Positions 54,870 through 64,000 of a stretch of DNA of 64,000 bases are shown here, piece after piece. Location: assembly GCF_006345805.1 (NCBI RefSeq), contig NC_043003.1, forward strand, positions 88,784,001 through 88,848,000. Direction: 5' to 3'. Positions within the stretch are counted from its first letter, which is position 1; each line of letters opens with the position of its first letter. This DNA is from Octopus sinensis (lineage: Eukaryota). Position numbers and translations under genes: made by a program. The notes beneath the pieces were generated by a model that worked only from the letters and a program-made list of their open reading frames with translations, was not told the DNA's origin and did no database searches.

Positions 54870-55120
54870 TCATCATCATCATCATCATCGTTTAACGTCC
54901 GTTTTCCTTTTTCCCGCGCTAGCACGGGTTGGACGGTTTCGACCGGGGTCTGAGGAGCTCGGGACTGCCCCAGGTTCCAGTCTAGTCTGGCAGTGTTTCT
55001 ACAGCTGGATGCCCTTCCTAACGCCAACCACTCCGCGAGTGTAGTGGGTGTTTTTTACGTGCCACCTGCACAGGTGCCAGAGGGGTCTGGCATCGGCCAC
55101 GTTCGGATGGTGCTTTTTAT
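54870..55120 (-). mobile_element. RTE 3' UTR tail; similar tails at 56640-56895 (-), 60620-60770 (+), 61940-62275 (-), 63010-63240 (+), 28970-29215, 47190-47385 and 50800-50965
   Basis: (CAT)n-cgtttaacgtcc..cagctggatgcccttcctaacgccaaccactcc signature. Confidence 0.88.
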
Positions 55121-55862
55121 GGGGGGGGTGCAGAAATATAGGGGAGCACCAGTGGGAGGGGTGGTTCAGAGGACAGGTACTAGTCAAGTAGAACGTAGGA
55201 TATCGAGAGAGGGGTAATGCATGGTGAAATAGCGTATTGAAGAGGGGGGTTCAAAGAGTAGACACCTATAATGGTGGTGGGGGGTGCAGAAATATAGGGG
55301 AGCAGCGTATTGAAGAGGGGGGTTCAAAGAGTAGACACCTATAATGGTGGTGGGGGTGCAGAAATATAGGAGAGCACCAGTGGGAGGGGTGGTTCAGGGG
55401 ACAGGTTCTAGGCAAGTAGAACGTAGGATATCGAGAGAGGGGTAATGCATGGTGAAATAGCGTATTGAAGAGGGGGGTTCAAAGAGTAGACACCTATTAT
55501 GGTGGTGGGGGGGGGGATGCAGAAAAATAGGGGAGCACCAGTGGGAGGGGTGGGCACCAGTGGGAGGGGTGGTTCAGAGGACAGGTTCTAGGCAAGTAGA
55601 ACGTAGGATATCGAGAGAGGGGTAATGCATGGTGAAATAGCGTATTGAAGAGGGGGGTTCAAAGAGTAGACACCTATAATGGTGGTGGGGGGATGCAGAA
55701 ATATAGGGGAGCACCAGTGGGAGGGGTGAGCACCAGTGGGAGGGGTGGTCCAGAGGACAGGTTCTAGGCAAGTAGAACGTAGGATATCGAGAGAGGGGTA
55801 ATGCATGGTGAAATAGCGTATTGAAGAGGGGGTTCAAAGAGTAGACACCTATAATGGTGGTG
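55120..55862. repeat. G-rich tandem array of about 156-bp units (4 full plus 1 internally deleted)
   Basis: Unit tgcagaaatataggggagcaccagtgggaggggtgg..gtagaacgtaggatatcgagagagggg..gagtagacacctataatggtggtg. Confidence 0.92.
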
Positions 55863-55945
55863 GGAAAAAACGACATCCGGTATAGTTGGAGCAAAATAGA
55901 GATATCCGGTATTGGTGGTGGGGGTGGGTAGGGCGCGGCGCCGCG

Positions 55946-56478
55946 AAGAATCGGCAGCCAATTTCTATAAGGAGATAGATCTTAAAATATCAATAACGAT
56001 AACTAGTGAATTATACAGAATATGCAAAACGAGGCGAGGCGAGGCTGAAATAGTAAACAGAGTGGCGACTAGGGGGATCAGAATAATAATAATTAATAAA
56101 TAATAATAATAAATAGAGATACGGATGAATTAAAGTTCAAAGATTTCTTATCTTGAGATCACTTCGTTTACGGACAGACTTGGCAAAAGGAATTCGAATC
56201 AAGAATGAGGCAGTTTACTAGCTTAAGTATGCATAGCCATGGCGGGTGGTAGGAAGAGAGGAGTCCAGACAGACGACAATGTAACAAGAGGGGGAGAGAA
56301 GGGAAGAGAAAAGAAAAACCCCCGGAAGAATCGGCAGCCAATTTCTTAAAATATCAATAACGATAACTAGTGAATTATACAGAATATGCAAAACGAGGCG
56401 AGGCGAGGCTGAAATAGTAAACAGAGTGGCGACTAGGGGGATCAGAATAATAATAATTAATAAATAATAATAATAAAT
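55946..56478. repeat. Direct repeats of about 150-170 bp flanking a 210-bp spacer (unclassified element)
   Basis: gaagaatcggcagccaatttct..cttaaaatatcaataacg..gggggatcagaataataataatt at 55946-56115 and 56325-56478. Confidence 0.85.
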
Positions 56479-56507
56479 ATATGTATATATATATGTATAT
56501 ATATATG

Positions 56508-56538
<31 letters not shown>

Positions 56539-56894
56539 GTATATATATATGTATATATATGTGTATATATATGTATATATGTATATATATATGTATATAT
56601 ATATGTATATATGTATATATATATGTATATATATATGTATCATCATCATCGTTTAACGTCCGCTTTCCATGCTAGCATGGGTTGGACGGTTCAACTGGGG
56701 TCTGGGGAGCCCGAAGGCTGCACCAGGCCAGTCAGATCTGGCAGTGTTTCTACAGCTGGATGCCCTTCCTAACGCCAACCACTCCGAGAGTGTAGTGGGT
56801 GTTTTTATGTGCCACCGACACAGGTGCCAGACGAGGCTGGCAGACGGCCACGCTCGGATGGTGTTTTTATGTGCCACCGACACAGGTGCCAGAC

Positions 56895-56925
<31 letters not shown>

Positions 56926-57033
56926 GTATATATATATATATATATGTATATATATGTACATATATATATATGTATGTATATATATATGTATATATATATA
57001 TATGTATATATATATTATATATGTATATATATG

Positions 57034-57065
<32 letters not shown>

Positions 57066-57087
57066 ATGTATATATATATATATATAG

Positions 57088-57118
<31 letters not shown>

Positions 57119-57279
57119 TATATGTATATATATGTATATATAGGTATATATATATTATATATATTGTATATATATATATATGTATATAGGTATATATATT
57201 ATATATATATATGTATATATATATATATGTATATATATGTATATATATGTATAATATATATATATGTATGTATAATAAT

Positions 57280-57530
57280 AATATTAGGGAATAAATCCAA
57301 ATTTACAGGGAAAAATCAGATTTAGGATTGAATCCAATTTTATAGTATAATATTAATTAGAGACAAAACCACTATTATGCAAATCAAACAAAGAAAGACT
57401 TAATCCAATACATAAAAAATTTTATATAAATTAAATATAATTAAGATATCCACTACGATCGTTTCTTGTCACTTCTATTGACATTCATCAGGTGGTTTCA
57501 AGACCTTCTTTGCAAGTTTTAAACTGAAGT
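57280..57530 (-). mobile_element. Solo Penelope pLTR-type fragment carrying an HHR
   Basis: Homologous to 21400-21890; embedded between (TA)n tracts. Confidence 0.7.
57450..57495 (-). ncRNA. Minimal type-I hammerhead ribozyme, canonical core
   Basis: CCAC CTGATGA a TGTCA atagaag TGACA a GAAA CGATCG TA GTGG; helix I 4 bp, stem II 5 bp, palindromic helix III. Confidence 0.8.
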
Positions 57531-57888
57531 ATGTATATATATATATGTATGTATATATATATATATGTATGTATATATATATATGTTGTTATATTTCGGA
57601 ATGGTCATATTGCCAGTTTAGCCAATAAAAACACGCGCACTATATATTTGGTGTTATTTTGCTTCAGTGATATTTATTTTTTACATTAATCTTAATCTTA
57701 TTTCGGCCAGAGTTCTTTCGTCACACTCCTGTGACTGCATCAGTGGTCCTTTGTTTTCTTCTCACTTATTTGTGTCTCTCCTTACTAACCGTCAGCCATT
57801 TTGTATTTCTATTATATGTCTTCATTTGCGCATGCTTATATCTCTATGTGCGTCTATGTTTATTTAGTGTGTCCATCAGGTAAAGAAA

Positions 57889-59235
57889 ATGATCGCACAT
57901 GCACTAGGAGCTAGTATAAGAGTTACCCTAAAAGGCCACACATTTAAATTTAATAATAAAATATATGCCCAGGACGAGGGGGCAGCCATCGGTGTTAGTA
58001 TCGCTGGTGATGTGGCCAACCTTTTCATGGTATGGTGGGACAGAAGGCTTAAAGAACGCCTACTGCAGAAATCCATACTCGTAAACATGTACTCTCGCTA
58101 TGTTGATGATATCAACATAGTGGTAAAGGCACCCCCACAAGAGAGTAATGTTGATATAGTAATAGAAACTAATACTATGGAGAGCATCCAGCAAATAGCT
58201 AACTCCATCCACCAGAGTATTAAGGTCACAATAGACTACCCCACTAAACACCCCAACCATAGACTACCAGTACTAGACACTGAACTCTGGCTAGAAATTG
58301 TGAAAAATAAAATCCAAATCCTTCATTCATACTATGCAAAACCTATGGCCTCAAAATACCTGATCCACCAGAACTCGGCCATTGCGGGCAATGCCAAATT
58401 CAATATTTTGATGGCAGACCTCGTCAGAATAATGAGAAATGTGTCACACATGAGCGAGCCTACGGAATTAAAGAGACACATACAATATTTCATTCACCGC
58501 ATGCAGTTCTCAGGTTACAGCCATAAAGAAAGGATCAGAGTATACAAAGGAGCCATGAAGAAATTTGATAATATATTATGTAATGATAGGAATGGGATTT
58601 GCCCACTCTATAGGAACAAGTCATGGAACACTATAGAAAGGACAAAAAAGAAAATAGGGAAGGCCAACTCTTGGTATGATATCCATAAATACCAGAGTGT
58701 CATGTTCGTTGACACCACCCCTGGAGGTGAACTGGCGTACCACTTTAGAAGGACCCTAGATAAACTTAAACTAAGAATTAAGGTTGTTGAAAAGCCAGGC
58801 AACCCTATCAAATCTATAATTGGTAGAACCTATCCTTTTAGTAGAACCCTCTGTACGGATAACTATTGCACTGTATGTAGATTTAGCCCACAAACAAACT
58901 GTAAAGCCAGAAATATAGTCTATAGTATAAGGTGTATAGAGGGACGATGCAGTAACAAGACAATAACATACGTAGGGGAAACGGCAAGAAGCATAGGAGA
59001 GCGGGTGAATGAACATTGGAGACAACTCAAGGAAGGTAAAAGCTCATCGATTCTGTACCAACACGCCGAACAGGAACACGGGGGATCAATCAATAACATA
59101 GAGATTAAGATATTGTCCACACATAGAACAGATGCAACAATTAGACAAATTACAGAAGTTACACATATAATAGAAAATAAACCTAGCCTGAATAGAAAAC
59201 TAGAATGGAGCAATAGCACACACCACAACATATGA
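57889..59235 (+). CDS. PLE reverse transcriptase (C-terminal half) plus GIY-YIG endonuclease, 448 aa open frame
   Basis: QDEGAAIGVSIAGDVANLFM, YSRYVDD, RLPVLDT, YYAKPMAS, CKARNIVYSIRC..TYVGETARSIGERVNEH, RQITE. Confidence 0.9.
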   Translation: MIAHALGASIRVTLKGHTFKFNNKIYAQDEGAAIGVSIAGDVANLFMVWWDRRLKERLLQKSILVNMYSRYVDDINIVVKAPPQESNVDIVIETNTMESIQQIANSIHQSIKVTIDYPTKHPNHRLPVLDTELWLEIVKNKIQILHSYYAKPMASKYLIHQNSAIAGNAKFNILMADLVRIMRNVSHMSEPTELKRHIQYFIHRMQFSGYSHKERIRVYKGAMKKFDNILCNDRNGICPLYRNKSWNTIERTKKKIGKANSWYDIHKYQSVMFVDTTPGGELAYHFRRTLDKLKLRIKVVEKPGNPIKSIIGRTYPFSRTLCTDNYCTVCRFSPQTNCKARNIVYSIRCIEGRCSNKTITYVGETARSIGERVNEHWRQLKEGKSSSILYQHAEQEHGGSINNIEIKILSTHRTDATIRQITEVTHIIENKPSLNRKLEWSNSTHHNI

Positions 59236-59335
59236 CGATAGAGGATCCTGAAAACATAATAAATACACAGATAAATAAACAAATAGAAATGAATAACTAT
59301 ATATATGTATATATATCTATGTATGTATATGTATG

Positions 59336-59369
<34 letters not shown>

Positions 59370-59743
59370 ATATATATATGTATATGTGTATATAGATATG
59401 TATATATATATTATATATATTTTTTTTTTTTTTCGATTAGATTTATTATTATTATTACTAATATTGTTGTTATACATACATACAAGCATATGTAATGATA
59501 ATAATGGGTGGATGTAAACACATGAACAAAATTAGAACAAAAGCAACAACAACGAAAACAAAATACAAATTACATGAATGTATATAAACAGAAGATACAA
59601 ATATTACAGGCATCCCCCCCACACACACTAAATAAACAGACGCACATAAAGATATAAGCATGCGCAAATGAAGACATACAATAGAAATACAAAATGGCTG
59701 ACGGTTAGTAAGGAGAGACACAAATAAGTAAGAAGAAAACAAA

Positions 59744-59788
59744 GGACCACTGATGCAGTCACAGGAGTGTGACGAAAGAACTCTGGCC
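59744..59788 (+). ncRNA. Atypical hammerhead motif in the PLE pLTR (mirror copy at 57705-57749, minus strand)
   Basis: GGACCA CTGATG-C-A GTCAC aggagt GTGAC GAAA GAAC TC TGGCC; one extra C in the core, identical in both copies. Confidence 0.6.
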
Positions 59789-59979
59789 GAAATAAGATTA
59801 AGATTAATGTAAAAAATAAATATTACTGAAGCAAAATAACACCAAATATATAGTGCGTGTGTTTTTATTGGCTAAACTGGCAATATGACCATTCCGAAAT
59901 ATAACAATATCTGTTTCAACACACGACTTCACATAAAAAATCTTGCACAACAAATATTTAAACGTACTATATATGTATG

Positions 59980-60092
<113 letters not shown>

Positions 60093-60129
60093 GTATATAT
60101 ATATATGTATGTATATATATATGTATGTT

Positions 60130-60160
<31 letters not shown>

Positions 60161-60359
60161 GTATGTATATATATGTATATATGTATGTATGTATATGTAT
60201 ATATGTATGTATATATATATGTATATATATATATGTATATATATATGTACTATATATATATTGTATATATATGTATATATATAGTATGTATATATATATG
60301 TATGTATATATATATGTATATATATATATGTATGTATATATATATGTATATATATAATG

Positions 60360-60390
<31 letters not shown>

Positions 60391-61024
60391 GTATATATAT
60401 ATTATGTATATATATATATATAGTATATATATAATGTATATATATATGTATATATATATAGTATATATATGTATATGTATATATATGTATATATACAAGG
60501 CTTGGGCCCCGTGCCATCCGCCCAAAACAAAAATCGCACTCTCATCTCATAACAACAATACGGCACAATTATTTCACCTCAATATATATATATGTATGTA
60601 TATATATATATGTATGTATTTGGCGTTAGGAAGGGCATCCAGCTGTAGAAACATTGCCAAATTAGACTGGAGCCTGGTGCAGCCTTCTGGCTTCCCAGAA
60701 CCCCGGTCAAACCGTCCAACCCATGCTAGCATGGAGAACGGACGTTAAACGACGATGATGATGATGATGATGTATATGTATATATATATATGTATGTATA
60801 TATATATATGTATATATATATATATGTATAATATATATATATATTATGTATATATATTATATATGTATATATATATTTATATATGTATATTATATATATA
60901 TGTATTATATATATATTGTGTATATGGTATATATATATATATGTATATATATATGTATGTATATTATATATGTATGTATATATATATATGTATGTATATA
61001 TATATATGTATATATATATGTATG

Positions 61025-61095
<71 letters not shown>

Positions 61096-62452
61096 GTATA
61101 TATATGTATATATATATATATGTATATATATTATATATATGTTATATATAATGTATATATATATATATTATATATGTATCAAAAGAAAAACAGGACGCAA
61201 AGGATTTTGTGGTACATATGTTTAGGGCTTTATTGAACAACTAATTCTTATATCAATGCATAGTTGATACAACAGATAGATCAAAAGCCTTCTTCAGCCG
61301 CGTACAATTGCCTCGCCAAAGACATGTATTACATTATAACAGGTTTGAGAAAAAACCGAGTTTCATTGGGAAAGTAAATCCTCATAGGCATACATGGTAT
61401 TGCGAGACTCCAAAACAAATCGTCCATACCTTTTCTTCACTCGGTAAAGAGAGAATACTGGGTAGATTACTTCATATAGGGGAAGGAATTGGATGTTGAG
61501 TGAAAGAGGAGAGGAAGGGAAGGGGTGAAGCTTTAATGAAGTTGGGATAAAAATATATATATATAAATTTAAACACAATCGTAAAGGGTAATAATAAATA
61601 TAAAATATAATTAAAAAAATATAATAAAAAAAGTAAAGATGTAAAGAAATAAGTATATAAAGATACAAAGGACGTCACGTGTAGGGTCATAAATTCTAGA
61701 AATGTATTGTGAAAGTGTAAAAGGTACAAGAAATAAAGGGTAAAAGATAAAATAAAATAAAAAAATAAAAACTGAAAAAAAAAGAGATAAAAAGCAAAAA
61801 ATAAAGACAAAAAACATATATATGTATATGTATATATATATGTATATGTATATATATATATGTATATAAATATGTATATATATATGTGTGTATATATATA
61901 TATATGTGTATATATATATGTGTACATATATATGTATGTATATCATCATCATCATCGTTTAACGTCTGTTTTCCGTGGTAGCATGGGTTGGATGGTTCGA
62001 CTGGGGTCTGTGAATCCAGGAGGCTGCACCAGGCTCCAATCTGATCTGGCAGTGTTTCTACAGGTAGATGCCCTTCCTAACGCCAACCACTCCGTGAGTG
62101 TAGTGGGTACTTTTTATGTGCCACCGTCACAGGTGCCTGGGGAATCTGGCAGCGGCCATGATCGGTTGGTGCTTTTTATGTTCCACCGGCACGGAAGCCA
62201 GTCAAGATGGCGCTGGCATCGGCCACATTCGGATGGTGCTTTTTAAGTACCACTGACACAGAAGCCAGTCAAGTCAAAGCAATATATATATATATATATG
62301 TGTATATGTATATATATATATATGTATATATGTGTGTATGTATACGTTTATATATATGTGTGTATGTATATATATGTGTGTGTATATACATATATGTGTA
62401 TATATATATATATGTGTATATATATATATATATGTGTATATATATATATATG

Positions 62453-62486
<34 letters not shown>

Positions 62487-62587
62487 TATATATGTATATA
62501 TATGTATTATATATATATATATGTGTATATATATATGTATATATTATGTATATATATATAATACATATATATATATAGTAATATTAC

Positions 62588-62638
<51 letters not shown>

Positions 62639-62790
62639 CATATATACATATATATATATATATAAATCTATATACATATATATACAATATATATATATAA
62701 TATATACATATATATACATATATATATATATATTATACATATATATATATACATATATATATACATATTATACATCTATATATATATACA

Positions 62791-62821
<31 letters not shown>

Positions 62822-62899
62822 CATATATATACATATATATATATATAACATATATATATATATGTATATATATGTATATATATATATACATATATGTAT

Positions 62900-62939
<40 letters not shown>

Positions 62940-62964
62940 GTATATGTATATATAAATGATGATG

Positions 62965-62995
<31 letters not shown>

Positions 62996-63240
62996 TATGT
63001 ATATATATGATCGTGGCCGTTGCCAGTATCCTCTGGCCCCTGTGCTGGTGACACGTAAAAAGCATCCACTACACTCGTGGAGTGGTTGGCGTTAGGAAGG
63101 GCATCCAGCTGTAGAAACACTGCCAGATCAGACTGGAGCCTGATGCAGCCTCCTGGCTTCCCAGACTCCAGTTGAACCGTCCAACCCATGCTAGCATGGA
63201 AAACGGACGTTAAACGGTGATGATGATGATGATGATGATG

Positions 63241-64000
63241 ATAAATCTCAGAGCGAGTTATAAACAGTAGCGGTAACACATCGTGACGCTTATTTGCCAT
63301 TTGAATATGGCTAACCCCTAAGGATGGATGCTACTGTAGTTTGTAGCCCCAGGAAGATACCTCCTCCAGCTGGCTATAGACACACTTTCTGTGACCTATC
63401 AGTATTTGTGAAGGGAAGTCATCCTTCCCGTCTTCAACTTATGATACACATGGACTCGAGTTTCAAGGTATTTACCTATCATCGGCGTGTGACAATCATA
63501 GTTGTTGACAAGAATTCAGTTTCCCTCACAAATACATATACTTTTTCCAGTGTCGATTGACACTGATATTGAAAAAGTGAAATCAAACAATGATAAATCT
63601 CAGAGCGAGTTATAAACAGTACCGGTAACACATCGTGACACATATTTGCCAGCTGGAGGAGGTATCTTCCTGGGGCTACAAACTACAGTAGCATCCACCC
63701 TTAGGGGTTATCCATATTTAAATGGCAAATATGCGCCACGATGTGTTACCACTACTGTTTATAACTTGCTCTGAGATTTATCATTGTTTGATTTCACTTT
63801 TTCAATATCAGTGTCAAGTATATGTATTTGTGAGGGAAAGTGAATTCTTGTCGACAACTATGATTGTCATACACCGATGTCATACACTCGAGTCCGTGTG
63901 TATCATAAGTTGAAGACGGGAAGGATGACTTCCCTTCACAAATACTGTTAGGGCACAGAAAGTGTGTCTACAGCCAGCTGGAGGAGGTATCTTCCTGGGG
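63241..64000. mobile_element. Non-coding HHR-bearing 352-nt monomer array with inversion (retrozyme-like); runs off the window
   Basis: ataaatctcagagcgag at 63241 and 63593 (period 352). The inverted part 63651-64000 reads through the monomer junction (gagatttat|cattgttt). Confidence 0.82.
63447..63491 (-). ncRNA. Minimal type-I hammerhead motif, U4C core variant
   Basis: CACACG CCGATGA tAGG taaata CCTt GAAA CTCGAG TC CATGTG; palindrome ACTCGAGT. Other copies have CGTGTG, giving a perfect helix I. Confidence 0.65.

Larger units (their letters stand above)
57586..59965 (+). mobile_element. Young 5'-truncated Penelope-like element with inverted pLTR
   Basis: 57586-57872 is a near-identical reverse complement of 59623-59907, flanking an uninterrupted RT plus GIY-YIG ORF. 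Confidence 0.92.

Noticed and set aside
55120-55862. CRISPR-like array
   Set aside because: Units are near-identical over their full length with no unique spacers, the context is eukaryotic and there are no cas genes.
61275-61305. CTGAAGA-aggc motif on the minus strand
   Set aside because: The GAAA half is absent.

Overview
AT-rich, repeat-dense eukaryotic DNA. The (TA)n/(CA)n microsatellite fields, tRNA-derived SINEs and the abundant RTE LINE family with (GAT)n tails suggest an octopus (cephalopod) genome; this is inferred, not searched. Two host genes are supported and are divergently oriented. On the minus strand is TPR (nucleoprotein TPR/Megator), with coding exon 1 at 15390-15240 and exon 2 at 3083-2979. 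On the plus strand is a ZYG11-family Cul2 substrate receptor, with a large LRR coding exon at 47689-48539. The rest is mostly transposon debris: a hAT > Gypsy > LINE nest, RTE and Jockey-like LINEs, a DD37D Tc1/mariner, two Helitrons, MITEs, SINEs and two Penelope-like elements (PLEs). The main result of the hunt is a set of minimal type-I hammerhead ribozyme (HHR) motifs from at least five sequence families. Two related non-coding families form head-to-tail 319-nt and 352-nt monomers plus inverted copies, resembling non-LTR retrozymes, and share a conserved hairpin exactly 74 nt downstream of the predicted cleavage site. All alignments and folds were done by eye, and boundaries of degraded repeats are approximate.
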